Assembly: GCA_965240325.2 (NCBI GenBank)
Contig: OZ251230.1
Span: forward strand, 1,054,001-1,118,000
Source: Rebecca billardiae RCC1528
Lineage: Eukaryota; Protista; Haptophyta
Direction: 5' to 3'
Length of the DNA: 64,000 bases
Part shown: positions 32,678 through 44,693 of the stretch, piece after piece
How positions within the stretch are numbered: the first letter of the stretch is position 1
How the letters are laid out: each line of letters begins with the position of its first letter
Translations under genes and position numbers: made by a program
Notes under the pieces: generated by a model
The model's input: only the letters and a program-made list of their open reading frames with translations
What the model was told of the DNA's origin: nothing
The model's database searches: none

Positions 32678-34343
32678 TTTTCCCAGACCTCGAACTACTC
32701 AAATATACCCTTGCCCCACTGAGACTATCATGATCACTGAGAGAGCCTGCGAGGACATTCTGGCGTACGAGCACAATAGCGCGTGACTACCCAGAAATAA
32801 TAAGTGAAACCTACGACCCGCTATGCTGTTCGGCCAAGGTGGATCGTTCGGCCATCGATCTCGTCATCAAAAACTGAACGCCCTAAACCGCGAAACGATA
32901 CAAGTACGAGTACCTTTACGAGCTGCTGTAAAGGTACTCGACACAGCCACGCCGCTCGGCCGCGGCGACCGCCACGCACGCGTCCTTGCGGCGCGGAAGG
33001 GCAGACCAGCTGCTGTCGTTCGACCTGTGCGCCGGAGTCGTGTGTCCGCCAGCCATATCGCGCGCCACGAGCATTGCACGACGGGCGCGCATCCGAGCAT
33101 GCCGTACTCGTCGCCCGCCGCGGCTGACCGGCAGAGCTTGCGCCCACAGCGGCACCGTGGGAGAGGACTACTCCGATCCGAAGGCGCACCTCGCCGAGGG
33201 GCCTAGATAGAATGTCGCCTCAGCCGAGCTGGGCTCCGCCAGCGTTTGTAAGCGGGACGTGCCGCACCAGCGATGACGAACACTCGGTCTGTACTAGGAT
33301 CTGTACTCGTCAGATCCGCAGAGTTCTCGGCCCGGCGACAACCCAGCTGTGTGGCCAGTACACCACGCGGTGATGGACGTGCACTACTCCGCACTATGGC
33401 CGAGGCGTGCTCCCGAATAAGTACGCATCGCGCCCACATGCCCTAGCAGTGCGAAGCCGGAAGCGGCTGCGTGTGATGAGTATTGAGTTAACTGACTGAG
33501 TTGTGACATGTGTGTTGGCTGTTGCGGATTGCCTGGACGCCGCCGGCGGTCGGACGCCGCCTGCATGCACTTACATGCGCTGATACGCCTCGTTCGGGCC
33601 GACTGGCTCAGGATGCAATAGTGCCAGTGGACAAGTAGAACCGTATTCATGTGAAGTGTACTAGACTCTACATTAATGTCATTATCGTCCGCTTGCTTTG
33701 TTTCATGATGCGACGATGCGTATTGCGTCCGGCGGGATGGGCAGACGTTATTTGTGGGCGACACATGAAGCTCTAAACATCAGGCTTTGTTTAGCAGTGT
33801 CAGTGTGGCTTACCAATACCATTTCGTCATCAGACCGAGCGACTGGCAGACGGATAGGCTGAAGACTCAAGACTGGTAGATTGCCGCCTTGGCCTTGGGC
33901 AACGGGCTCGGGCGCTTGCACTAAATATAAATTATTCGAATGCACACGCCACTACACTACTGCTCAGATGCCAATGGGAACCGGATGGTGCCTGGCAATA
34001 ATCCGATCCCAAAGGTCTTGTCAGTTGATACAATATAGTTCCCATCCGCGCGGCCGACGCGCGTCCGCGGCCCGGCCCAGAGGCTAGTCCGCTACCAGGG
34101 GCGTTCCCCGCATCGGTCATACGCCAAATTGCTGAACCGTCTTCCTATTGGAACGGGCTTCGTCCATTTGAAGCGGGTATATTGAATACGGAAAAAGACA
34201 AAGACCCCCAGGGGGGGCTTTGCTTTTCGGGAGCGTGTGGCAGGATCCCGGGAACGCCCTTGATAAGTCGTGGGGACGACGCAGACCGCTATCGTTAGCT
34301 AAGATCAGAATCGGGAATACTAGAATCGACACCGGACGACAGC

Positions 34344-34515
34344 TACAGTTTACTAAGAATAAGAGACGCACAGCACAGCTGACACAATTTCACCGTCACA
34401 CAACGGCGAGATTGACGCCGCCGAAAGTAAAGTCTGCATGGGGGTAGTAACGTGAATTGTAGTAGCAGTACAGTTTACTAAGAATAAGAGACGCACACAG
34501 CTCAGGCAGGCGAGA
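34344..34515 (-). repeat. Two tandem copies of the repeat family A 3' end
   Basis: tacagtttactaagaataagagacgcac... at 34344 and 34469. Confidence 0.8.
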
Positions 34516-34549
34516 AGTTATTTGGACGGCCGGAGAAACCACGGCCAGC

Positions 34550-34891
34550 ATGGCGGCGGTCCCCGCGCTCTTCTACTACGCTTGCGCCCTTCACGCGCCA
34601 AACGCCCTCGGCACTCAACGCTCGCTGCTCGCACGCCCCGTCAGATCGATATCTACTGCAGAGTTGCATATGCTAGGCGCCAAGCGTCCTGTCTGGAGCT
34701 TCACGGAGGCGCGAGAGTACGCGCGCTCGTTTGGCTTCGCGTCAAAGGAAGAGTACGAGGAGTATCGCTGTCCAGGTGCATACTCGCTTCCGCGTGACCC
34801 CGAGGCCGTATATGCGCACGAGTGGACTTCTTGGGATGACTTTCTCGGACTGCGTCAAGATCATTCTCCAGGATCAACTGGCTTGAGCTAG
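34550..34891 (+). CDS. Small protein with one phage-integrase-repeat-like unit and a probable targeting presequence
   Basis: WSFTEAREYARSFGFASKEEYEEY...LPRDPEAVYAHEWTSWDDFLG, after a hydrophobic then Arg/Ser-rich N-terminus. Confidence 0.7.
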   Translation: MAAVPALFYYACALHAPNALGTQRSLLARPVRSISTAELHMLGAKRPVWSFTEAREYARSFGFASKEEYEEYRCPGAYSLPRDPEAVYAHEWTSWDDFLGLRQDHSPGSTGLS

Positions 34892-35409
34892 TCCACAAGT
34901 TAGGTCTGACCGCCGTAATGTACGGCGTACACATTGTGCTGCTTCATGGCGACGGCGCTGTGCGCAGCCGCAGCTGGCGCGCAAGCAGGGCAGTCGCCGC
35001 CTCGGGTGATGGGAGCGGCCATGCTGGCAGCCCGCCAACGCGGCGACACGCGCGCGCTCAGAGGCGAGGTGCGCGTGCACCGCCGGGCGGCCTGCGGCGC
35101 AGCGCCGCTCGGCGAGCCGTACTTGCCACCATCTCGCGCACGCACCGCGCACGGCGTGGTGCAACGCACGGCAGCGTCACGCACACGCGCGATCTGGACC
35201 GGACGACCACCGCCTTACGACGCAGAGCCTCGTCGTCGATTGGATGATAAGCTATCATCCCGGAGGGACCAACGACGTTCAGTCGAAGTTATGCGACCAG
35301 TCGTTGATTATGAACTGAAACGGCATAAGTACTGTGTCGCCCACTCGCCCTGAAAGTTATATATTATAAATATTAAACCATACTGCGCGCGCTGTACGGT
35401 ATTATTATA

Positions 35410-35445
35410 ATTAACGACGTGGTATGCAACGGGCAGGCGTCAGCC
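35410..35445 (-). repeat. Repeat family B short copy
   Basis: ttaacgacgtggtatgcaacgggcaggcgtcag next to an AT-rich tract. Confidence 0.7.
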
Positions 35446-36167
35446 AGTCAGCAAGCTGTAGCAGCAGATCGAGCCGAGCAGTCTGCAGCAGAGACAAACA
35501 CCAGGATCAGCGAGCTGGCCTCGCCGTCGTCCCACTCCCAGTCCCCCGGCCCCTCGTACGTACTGCTTCGTAGTCCGCCTCAGACTAACTACGCGCGAAG
35601 CTGGACTGAGTGGGCCACGGTGGTAGGCAGGCGGTAGTGGACGTAGTCAGGACGAATAATACGAATAACTGAGCATAGCAGGGTGACTGACGCCGCGTAC
35701 CCGAATCAACCGCATGAACCCGAAGCGGTCAGAAAATAAACCAACTAGCTACACTCATGGAACGGAATACCGGTACACACCAGTGACACCGTACACGCCT
35801 ACACCGAGTACACGGTACGGCGGCTGCTGAGTCTCCGCGGGTACGACCGCTGGTGCTTATCTGAAATGACACTGTCACTGACTCACCGAGGCGCTTGATG
35901 ACCCTCGGATCATTAGATCGGATCGGAACAAATTCTGCTAGTACTGTAACGGCATTTCGGAAGCGGCTGACGGAGCGGTAGTACTAGTAGTCTCCTAATT
36001 GACTGAAGTAGCAGCAGTATTGCCGCGATATGCACTTGTCTGGAACGCTGCATCATCATGCTGCGCTGTCGTCAGCGCTCTGTTGACAGGTGAGGGCAGC
36101 CGGCACAGCCCGGCACTGTCCCCGCCTACGCCGCAGCCGCGCACGGCGCAGCACGGACCGACCCGTC

Positions 36168-37337
36168 TCACGAGTGCGACAGCTGCTGAGCGACCCATAG
36201 TAAGTCCGCCCCAACAACGGCCTCTGCTGGTTGGGCGCGGGCCGCAACGGCATGAGGTGGCGCACCAGGCGGCAGGATGAGCGTGGGCCTCGCGGTCTCG
36301 ACATCATCGGCTGTGCCGAGCCTGCGCGCGGGCTCTGCCTCTGCGCGCACACTCACAGCCGTGCGGCCCTGGCGCTGTGCGTGCGCATAGACGAGCTCCA
36401 GAACGTGCGCAGGCAGCGCGCGCAGCGGCGAGGCCGCGCCGGCTCGCGGGTGCGTGCCGAGGAGCAGCATGCGCGCCCGCGCTCGCCACGAGGCCGCCTC
36501 GGCGCGCGCGAGGGGGGCGGCGTACTGACGGTGTTCCAGCCCGCTGCGGAGGCGCAGCTCGAGCTCGCGCACATGCCGCAGCCCCGCGCCGTGGCCGAGC
36601 GCGACGCTGAGGACACTCACGAGGCGCGCGAGCGCGCGCGTCTCGGCGCCCTGTGGCTCGCGCACGTGGACGGTCAGGACGACGCGCCGCGCCGGGAGGC
36701 CGTGCACCAGCGCCCGGCCGAGCATGCAGCTGCTGTGCCCCAGAGCCAGCCACTCGGCGCGCGTCCGCGAGCCGCCAAACACCGGCGGCTCGAGCACGAG
36801 CGCCACTTCGCCGAGCGGAGTGACGGGCTCGGCGGCTCGCACCGCGGGGGTGCTCGGCCGTGGCACCTCGTGCTCGAGGAGAGCGCATGCGTACGCGAAC
36901 GCCGCGGCCGAGTGCGTACGGTGCGTCCAGCGCCCCGCGGCCGGCTCCTCGGCCGTCGCGTGCAGACGGACGGCCGCGCACGCGAGCCGCTCTGGCCGCA
37001 GGAGCTCGAGCACGGCCTTGCACTCGTCGACGCCCGTGAGCGCGACAACCGTGGCCATGTCCCCGCTGAGCGTCGTCCACACGTCACGCACGCGTGCCAG
37101 CACCGCCGCACTGACGGCGCGGTGCGGCAGCTGCACGTCGTCGAACCGAAGTGGCGCGACGTCATAGCCAGGCGCGCCGTAGTACGCGCAAGAGAGCACG
37201 TTCTGCTTGTGCTTGCGGCCGGCGTTGTGCGTCGCGAGCGTGCCCTTGTGTGGCGCCCACGAGACGCGGCACACTTCGCAGTGCAGGCCCTGCGACTGGC
37301 CAGCCGCGCGAGGGGCGTGTCGACAGCTCTTGCCCAT
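36168..37337 (-). CDS. Hypothetical protein with an N-terminal U1/matrin-type C2H2 zinc finger
   Basis: [10 protein letters not shown]...[14 protein letters not shown] in a long GC3-rich frame, with C-terminal [29 protein letters not shown] at 37337 inferred. Confidence 0.65.
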   Translation of the reverse strand: MGKSCRHAPRAAGQSQGLHCEVCRVSWAPHKGTLATHNAGRKHKQNVLSCAYYGAPGYDVAPLRFDDVQLPHRAVSAAVLARVRDVWTTLSGDMATVVALTGVDECKAVLELLRPERLACAAVRLHATAEEPAAGRWTHRTHSAAAFAYACALLEHEVPRPSTPAVRAAEPVTPLGEVALVLEPPVFGGSRTRAEWLALGHSSCMLGRALVHGLPARRVVLTVHVREPQGAETRALARLVSVLSVALGHGAGLRHVRELELRLRSGLEHRQYAAPLARAEAASWRARARMLLLGTHPRAGAASPLRALPAHVLELVYAHAQRQGRTAVSVRAEAEPARRLGTADDVETARPTLILPPGAPPHAVAARAQPAEAVVGADLLWVAQQLSHS

Positions 37338-37656
37338 GGCGGCCCGGACGTGGGCACAGCTGCAGCCGGTGCTCAAGCAAGCCCAAGCGAGCCAGCCACC
37401 GGACTCCCCCAGAATGGTGAGTCCGGGGGCACGTCGACCTGTGCTCGTGCTGCTGCCTTGGCTTGACGCGAGGGTGGGTGCCGCCGCGGGCCACGCGTCG
37501 CGCGCCGCGAGGCATTGGCTCCGCGCGGAGCTGGTGGATGGCGAGCTCTGGGTCATCTGCGTGCGGCGAGCCGACCATACCCGCCCGCGCGTGCCGCCCC
37601 CGATCCGCCCGCCCGTGCTCGTCGCCTGCGCGTGCGCAGGGGCTGCGCGCGACACA

Positions 37657-38229
37657 ATGGGCAAGTACGCGCGCGAGCCGGAAAACGCAGCCAAGTCGTG
37701 CAAGGCGCGCGGCTCGAACCTGCACGTGCACTTCAAGAACACGCACCAGTCTGCGCAGGCCATCCGGGGTCTCTCGCTCAAGAAGGCGAAGCGCATGCTC
37801 GAGGATGTGCTCGAGCACAAGCAGGCGATCCCGTACACGACCTTCAACGGCGGCGTCGGCCGCACGGCGCAGGCCAAGGCGTCGATGGCGAAGACGAAGG
37901 TGGAGCAGGGTCGCTGGCCGAAGAAGAGCTGCATGTTCCTGCTGGACCTGCTGCGCAACGCCGAGAGCAACGCCGAGAACAAGGGCCTCGACGTCGACAC
38001 GCTCGAGATCACCCACATCCAGGTGAACCGGGCGCGGCAGCAGCGCCGGCGCACATACCGCGCGCACGGCCGCATCAACCCGTACATGTCGTCGCCGTGC
38101 CACATCGAGCTCGTGCTCTCGGAGAAGGAGCGGCAGGTGCCTCGCCCGGAGGAGGAGGCGGGCGGCGCGATCGTTAAGCTCTCGAAGCGCAGGGCGGCGC
38201 AGAAGCGTGGCACCGGCGCTGCGCAGTGA
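37657..38229 (+). CDS. RPL17: 60S ribosomal protein L17 (uL22)
   Basis: [29 protein letters not shown]...QGRWPKKS...[22 protein letters not shown]. Confidence 0.98.
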   Translation: MGKYAREPENAAKSCKARGSNLHVHFKNTHQSAQAIRGLSLKKAKRMLEDVLEHKQAIPYTTFNGGVGRTAQAKASMAKTKVEQGRWPKKSCMFLLDLLRNAESNAENKGLDVDTLEITHIQVNRARQQRRRTYRAHGRINPYMSSPCHIELVLSEKERQVPRPEEEAGGAIVKLSKRRAAQKRGTGAAQ

Positions 38230-39610
38230 GTGCGGCGGCGGCTAGGCTGATCTGGGGGGTCTGGGGCCGTGGTGCTGCGCGAGGCTCACGAGGCGGTGTC
38301 GTGCGCGGAACACGACTAGCGCGCATGCGATGTGGGGTGCTGGCTGCGGCATGTGCGTTCGATGTGGGGGTCGAGACATGCTTCCTTGCTCCAGCTGTTC
38401 CAGCCGGCGTTCACGGTGCGTTCCGGCCCTCCGAGGCCGATCGGGGGCATCCGATCGACTGTCGCGCGAGACCGGGAGGCCCTAGCGGCCAGGCGCCAGG
38501 CGCCACTGGCAGGCGGGAGGGCTGCGAGTGCGACGTTGCCGCAGTGCTGTACAGCGCGCGGAGCCTCGTGACCGGGTTCTAGACCACTCCACGGTTCATT
38601 TCAGCCCTGACTAAACGAGCAGCCGGTGCGGCCTGCCCACGCCCAACGGGAGCGTCGTCGTCGTTCCGCTGCCAAATGCGAAAAAACGAAAATAATTATG
38701 GCGCTCGTGCTGGCACCCGAGGGAATCCGACGAGTTGCTGGATTTTGCGGCGGTGGCCGAAAGCCGTCGGGGAAAGTCGTCGTCGGCGCGTGTCAGACTC
38801 GTCCCTGCGCCGAGGAGCCGCGTGCGCTTCTGATGTCCTCGGTCCGCGCGCGCGCGCACCGGTTTGGCGGCGCGGTGGGCGGGGTGTGGTGGTGGGGAGG
38901 GGCAGTTTGGGGTATCGCCTCGCCGCATGCGACCTGCGCCTCCCGGGAACCCGCGCCGGGGATGTGGGCGGCACCTCGCGCTTTGCCTTGCCTGAGAGGG
39001 CAAAGAGAGTCGCGCATTGCCCCGAGCTTTCTAGAGTCGGCTTGCGGCCTGCACTCATGGCCGCAATGCTGCTATCTGCTCGGGAGATTGATGCCGCCCA
39101 AGGTTTGGGCGGCGACGACCTGCTTATTCACGCAGCGGCTGCTTCATCAGCCGAGGCGTCACCACGGGTCACGCACTCCCAGCACGGCACGCGCGGCGCC
39201 GGTGACGAGACTGTTTACCATGCACCACTCTGATGTGTGCTGAAGAGACTGTACCAACTTCACCAACTCCGAGGCGCCCGCGTCCGCCGAGCCACTCGCC
39301 CGCCACCAACGCCCGTCGGCCCCAGCTCCCGCCTCGGGCGGTGTGACGACCCCCAAGCCAGTTGGCACCGCACACCGCGTGTGTGACACCACGAATACAT
39401 GCACCACCAACTGACCGCCCGGCGGGGCGGGGGCGCGGCGGCGCACGAGGGCGGGCGCACCCACACGCGCGCGCACACCCGCCACCGCCCACTGCCCACC
39501 GCGGCACACGTGCCCGCTCGCACCCGCGCCCGCGCGCCGCCCGCCTGCCGAGTGCGCTCACACGACACGCGCGCGCCCTGCACGCGGCCTGCTGGTGTTG
39601 CGGCCCGCAG

Positions 39611-41041
39611 GCGCGGGCGGCGGGTGCTTTCGCGGGCGGCGGTGCCCTCCGCGCGTCCTCGCGGGCGTCCTGGCGCCCCCCACGCCCCCGCCTTCCGCCG
39701 CTCCTCCTCCTCTTCCTCGCGCGCGCCGCGCGCGCCGTCTGGGACTACGACCCGGCGTGGGTGTCGCTGCACCCAACTGACATGGACTCGATCGCGCGCG
39801 CGGTGGCGCCGGACATCTTCGAGCTGACGGGCTCGATGAGCGGGCCGCCGCTGAACAGCACGTACCGCACGCCGTGCTGGCAGGACCAGAGCACGCGCAG
39901 GCTGCACTGCCTCCCCGCCTTCTACGTGATCGGCGGCTTCCAGTGCGGTGTGCACGACCTCGGGCGGCGGCTGTCGGCGCACCCGAACGCGGCCCTGCCC
40001 GCCAACGTGCAGTCGGCGTGGTGGACGTCGGACCGCGGGTACGCGGGCGACTTCTCGCGCTTCGTCAAGTCGATGGACAAGGCCCTGCGCAAGATCCAGC
40101 AGCACCCCTCCACCGCCGTCGCCTTCACCGCCAACCCGGCGACGCTCGCGTTCACGTGGGCGGAGCACAAGCGCATCCACATGCGCTTCTCCGACACGAT
40201 CCAGGCGTGCTGGAAGCTGTGCCGCAAGGAGCTCAAGCCGGAGGAGTTCGCGGCGCAGTGCAAGGACAAGACGTACAAGCTGGACCACTGCATCAAGGAG
40301 GCGTACCAGTCGGACCCCGCCTCGCGCATCGGCCCCCTCGGCGTCGAGTTCACGCTGCCGCAGCTGATGGTGCGCGCGCACGGCCCGCGCGTGCGGCTGG
40401 TCGCGCTGCTGCGCAACCCGACCGACCGGCTCTGGTCCGCCTTCTTCACGTACGGCCAGTTCAAGCTCAAGTACGGCGACGGCGAGGCCGGCGTGCGCGC
40501 CTACTTTGACGAGCAGTCCGCCGCGTTCGAGCGCTGCGTCGAGCGGTACGACTCGCGCCGGTGCGCGCTGCGGCTGGAGTCGCTCGGCCAGGGCTGGCAG
40601 GAGATCTTCTACCACTGCGACCAGCTGATCAAGTCGATGTACGCGCCGTTCGTCGAGGAGTGGGTGCACGCGTTCGGGCGCGAGAAGCTGCTCTTCGTGC
40701 GCAGCGAGGAGTACTTCGACCCCGCGCGCAGGCGAGCCACCCTCGGCCGCGTCGTCGAGTTTGTCGGGCTGGGCGCTGACGAGGCCGCGCTGGACGCGAT
40801 GGATGCGGTCAAGGTGAAGCGCAAGGGGTCGTACGGCTCGGGCCACCGCTCGTGGCAGATGTCGGACGAGACCCGGCAGCTGATCGACGCCTTCTACGAG
40901 CCGTACAATCGCAAGCTCGGCGAGCTGCTCGGGGATGAGGGCTTCACGCCGTGGCCGGTCCACCGACCATCCACGCCGCCGGGTGAGAAGCACCGCCGGC
41001 TACTTGCGCCAGTCCCGGCAGGGATCGCTGACGCTAGCTAA
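39611..41041 (+). CDS. Carbohydrate sulfotransferase-like protein (CHST15/GalNAc4S-6ST family); 5' end unresolved
   Basis: TPCW...RLHCLPAFYVIGGFQCGVHDL (5'-PSB region), LLRNPTDRLWSAF (3'-PB), SMYAPFVEEW, FYEPYNRKLGELLGD. Confidence 0.85.
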   Translation, partial: ARAAGAFAGGGALRASSRASWRPPRPRLPPLLLLFLARAARAVWDYDPAWVSLHPTDMDSIARAVAPDIFELTGSMSGPPLNSTYRTPCWQDQSTRRLHCLPAFYVIGGFQCGVHDLGRRLSAHPNAALPANVQSAWWTSDRGYAGDFSRFVKSMDKALRKIQQHPSTAVAFTANPATLAFTWAEHKRIHMRFSDTIQACWKLCRKELKPEEFAAQCKDKTYKLDHCIKEAYQSDPASRIGPLGVEFTLPQLMVRAHGPRVRLVALLRNPTDRLWSAFFTYGQFKLKYGDGEAGVRAYFDEQSAAFERCVERYDSRRCALRLESLGQGWQEIFYHCDQLIKSMYAPFVEEWVHAFGREKLLFVRSEEYFDPARRRATLGRVVEFVGLGADEAALDAMDAVKVKRKGSYGSGHRSWQMSDETRQLIDAFYEPYNRKLGELLGDEGFTPWPVHRPSTPPGEKHRRLLAPVPAGIADAS

Positions 41042-41058
41042 AGTTCTCTCTGCATGTG

Positions 41059-41154
41059 TGTATATATATTTAATGACGTGGCATGCAACGGGCAAGCGTC
41101 AGGCTCAGAGTGCAGCAGACGCATAGAATGCGTCCGCGCCTTCCGACCAGGTCC
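41059..41154 (-). repeat. Repeat family B copy with TA tail, immediately after the sulfotransferase stop
   Basis: Reverse complement of 25108-25190. Confidence 0.8.
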
Positions 41155-42882
41155 GTCGTCCCGGGTCAGACTCAGACCAGCCGAGTCCAGCGCGCCTCCC
41201 GGCAGACGGCGCAGCGGGCGCAGCCGCACAGATCGGTCGCCGGCGGCAAGCCGCCATTTATATATTGTTCAATATGAAGTATATAGCGTCATCTAGCCTG
41301 TCTGAATCCGATTGGCGCTAATAGCCAGGTGAGCCGCGCCACCGGCCAGCGGCTGTCGTGAAGCTTAACGACTGCAACGTTGCCATTGATTGGACCGATT
41401 GAGTTGCCGGACGCCCGGAGACGGACAGTGGGCCGGACTCCCGCATACGCGCACCTGGGCTGTCCGCATGCTCACACAGACTGAACGTCAGGCGTGCTTG
41501 GCTCGATCTTGTCCACGAATCGGACGAGCACACCTGCTTTCGGATTGAAGCTGAGTTGCCTGCCGTGTTATGGCGATCACAGCATCAGGATGCTGTGCCA
41601 ATGATTATCCATCAGCGGCATCGGCTTGTGCTGCGGCGGGCGAATCGTTGCTCCAGCCGGGATCGGTCACGCCCTCTCGATGTGTCTCGGCGAGAACTTC
41701 CTCCATATCGACGCTGGGAACAGCGAGCGCACTGCTGCCGAGGTTGAGCCGAGTCATGCCTTGAGCAATGGGGCCGATGAACCCATCTCCTCGGCAGTGG
41801 GTGGGCGGCGGTAGGCGCACACGGGGCGGCGCAAGTAGGCTCGCGGCGGCATCTGCTTGAAGGTCTGGTCGCTGATGATCGTCGTCATCACCATCCGCTG
41901 AAGACCATGACGGTCGTGTCACCAACATAGTCGGAGCACGTTGCGGTGGCACATTTGGAGAGAGGGTGGGCTCGAGCGCCACCATCGCGGTCCCTCACCC
42001 CCCGTGTGCCTTCTGGCCCTCCACGTCCGGCCGCGGGCGGCCGCCGACGGCCCGGATTTTGAGCTGGGTACAGGCAATCGCGGGCAATAGCCAATAACAA
42101 GGAGCGGTCACGTTTTAAGAAACTGGGGCTTGCTATCTGCGGATCTGGCCTAGAAACTGAGACTAGCGATTGGCTGGTTCGCTATACGCGCAAAGTCACA
42201 CTAAGAAACCGGGACAATGTCGTCGCGGCTGACGAGTGGTCCGCCGAGGCGCAGTGCCCGTGGGACCGGCGGCGCGCCGGCCCGACTACGAGTACAGGCC
42301 CGAAGGATTCCCGACTTCTCCTGATGACTGACTCCTGGCCAGTGCACCGCAGCATCCATGCAACATCATGCCAGATTTGCTCCAAAATGGCCCAATAAAT
42401 GCTTTCTTCGGCCTCGCCGGCCGGGCCTAAAGACTCAGCGGGGGGCTCAGCCCCCCTGCGCCCCCCGCGCCTCGGCGCGGCGGGCCGCCGGACCTCTAGT
42501 ACCTCTAGCTATAAGCTAAGAACTACTGAGACTCCGTAGGCGGTCGGGCTACCGAACGGCTAAGAAACCGAGACTAGCCGTGAGATCTCTGACTTCTTAT
42601 TGCCCGCGATTGCCTGTAGTTACTACTAGTTATGCTTCACTCGACTTCAGGACGTCTCACGTTATAGCAAACATCATAGTAGCAGTCGTCAGTAGTCACA
42701 CCGTACTGCCGTGCCCGTAGTACCGAGTCGTCCGAGAGTACTCCGAGACGGTACTCCGTACTGCGTACAGTTCCGATTAATACTAGTACGTAGAGAGTAC
42801 TACCGCTAGCGCTAGTAGTAGTAGGCCCGGCACAGTGACGGCTCACAGCTCACTGACTGAGACACGCCGAGGTCACTGTGAG

Positions 42883-44517
42883 TCATGAGAGGAGCTCGGT
42901 GCGCACGACGTCGACTGTCGCCGCGATCGTCAGCAGCAGCCCCGCGACGAAGAGCGCGCTGAGGCCCAGCTGCTCCCAGCGCGACGCGCCGGCACCGGCG
43001 GCCGCGCTCGAGGCGGCGTCGACGCCGCGCGACTCATCGGCCGTCGGCCGCTGCCGCTGCCTTCGCGAGAGGCCGAGGCCGGTGAGCGCGGGTATGACAA
43101 AGCACGTGGTGCTCCCGCACAGTGCGCCGCACAGCGCCACCACCAGCAGGAGCCTGGACGCGCCGCTGAGCGCCATCGCGCTGTTGAGCGCAAAGAGCAG
43201 GAGCGTCAGCCGCGTGTCCAGCGCGCGCTGGGTGGCCGCCGACGGCTGCGCGCCGTCGGGCCTCCGCTCGGCGGCGCGCGGCGCCACGCGCAGCAGCCGC
43301 GCGAGCCCGTCTCCGATCGCGCCCTGCAGCAGCACGCTGCGCAGAGAGAACATAATCAGAAGGAACGTGGGCACCGCGCCGAGAGCGAGGGCGAGCTGCG
43401 CGGCGCTCGCGAGCCGGTCTGTGCGCGCAAACGAGTTGAGCGCAAAGTCGCTGACGCCCTCGCCGAAGAGCGCGCGCGTGCACGCCAGCACCACGCTGTA
43501 CACCGTGACCCCGGCCGCGAACGCGCCGAGCGCGGCGGCGGAGAACACCCGCGGCGAGCGGCGCGCCGGCTTGAGCGACGCGTAAAAGCGAGGCACGTCC
43601 TGGTGGCACACGTACAGGTAGCACATCGTCGAGCAGAGCGAGAGCAGCGACGCAGAGGCGGGGGCGGCGGCTGGCGCCGCGGGCGTGGCAGCGGCGGCCG
43701 CGGCCGCGGCGAAGCGGCCGCTGCCTCGCGCGTACGAGCCATCGGCAGCCCGCAGCAGCACGACAGACGCGGCAAACACCTTGGCCGGAAGCCCGACGGC
43801 GGAGGCGGGGGCGAGCGCGCGGAGGTCGCGCCAGGCCAGCATGGCCCAGAGCAGCAGCGGCGCCGTGAGCAGGATGGTGAGCCGGCTCGGGTCGCTCGCG
43901 ATCACGGCCGGGAGCAGCGCGCCGAGCGAGTCCTTCCACGGGAGGAAGCGGCTCAGGAGGCGCGCGAGCGAGATTTGAATCTGCACGCACACGCCGAGCG
44001 TGTACAGGGCCGCGATCGCCTGCGGGAACCACGTCGGCAGCTTGAGCGGCGGACCGGCGCGCCGCCAGAGGTCGTCCAGCGAGCTCGCACCCGTGCGCGC
44101 GCAGAAGATGCCGAGGAGAGCGAATGTGATCGCCGAGCTCGCGCCAACGAATGCAATGGTTGCAAGCGCGTCGCGCATTGGCACGCCCAGGGCCGCATAC
44201 GGGAGGCAGTAGGTGCCGCTGCCCACCATCAGGTTGAAGATGGAGAAGGAGAGGGCAACGGCGCCAACACCACGTCCGTCGCTCGCCGCCTGGGCCCCGT
44301 TCGAATCTGGCTCCGGATCGCGCGCCAGCATTTGCGCGCCGCGCGCAATCGCCGGAGGACGTGGGCCGCGCACGGCCGCGCGAGCGAGATGCAAAGCGCG
44401 TGCGCCAAGTGGACGAAGCCCACCCACCCGTGAACGTGGCAAGTGCTCGCCATCGCACGAGACCAGCGCCACGAGAAGCGCGAGTCCCGACGCGCGCGCC
44501 ATGCGTGTAGCGACCAT
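42883..44517 (-). CDS. Amino acid transporter (AAAP/SLC38, Aa_trans family) with a bipartite presequence
   Basis: SFSIFNLMVGSGTYCLPYA, CYLYVCHQDVPRFYASL, ALCGALCGSTTCFVIP, and many TM segments. Signal-like SGLALLVALVSC is followed by an Arg-rich segment. Confidence 0.88.
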   Translation of the reverse strand: MVATRMARASGLALLVALVSCDGEHLPRSRVGGLRPLGARALHLARAAVRGPRPPAIARGAQMLARDPEPDSNGAQAASDGRGVGAVALSFSIFNLMVGSGTYCLPYAALGVPMRDALATIAFVGASSAITFALLGIFCARTGASSLDDLWRRAGPPLKLPTWFPQAIAALYTLGVCVQIQISLARLLSRFLPWKDSLGALLPAVIASDPSRLTILLTAPLLLWAMLAWRDLRALAPASAVGLPAKVFAASVVLLRAADGSYARGSGRFAAAAAAAATPAAPAAAPASASLLSLCSTMCYLYVCHQDVPRFYASLKPARRSPRVFSAAALGAFAAGVTVYSVVLACTRALFGEGVSDFALNSFARTDRLASAAQLALALGAVPTFLLIMFSLRSVLLQGAIGDGLARLLRVAPRAAERRPDGAQPSAATQRALDTRLTLLLFALNSAMALSGASRLLLVVALCGALCGSTTCFVIPALTGLGLSRRQRQRPTADESRGVDAASSAAAGAGASRWEQLGLSALFVAGLLLTIAATVDVVRTELLS

Positions 44518-44693
44518 AATTGCCGATGGGTGCCGAGCGTCCCCGGACGACAAGTTGAAACAGTACTGCACCTACCGGACTCCAAACGTCTGCCCAAGAC
44601 AATATTAGACATGCTGGCACGCAGTGGCTGAGCTACTGGTACTGTCTTAGTCAGACACTGACGATGGTGACCTTGTGGAGCCACGTCGTCTAT

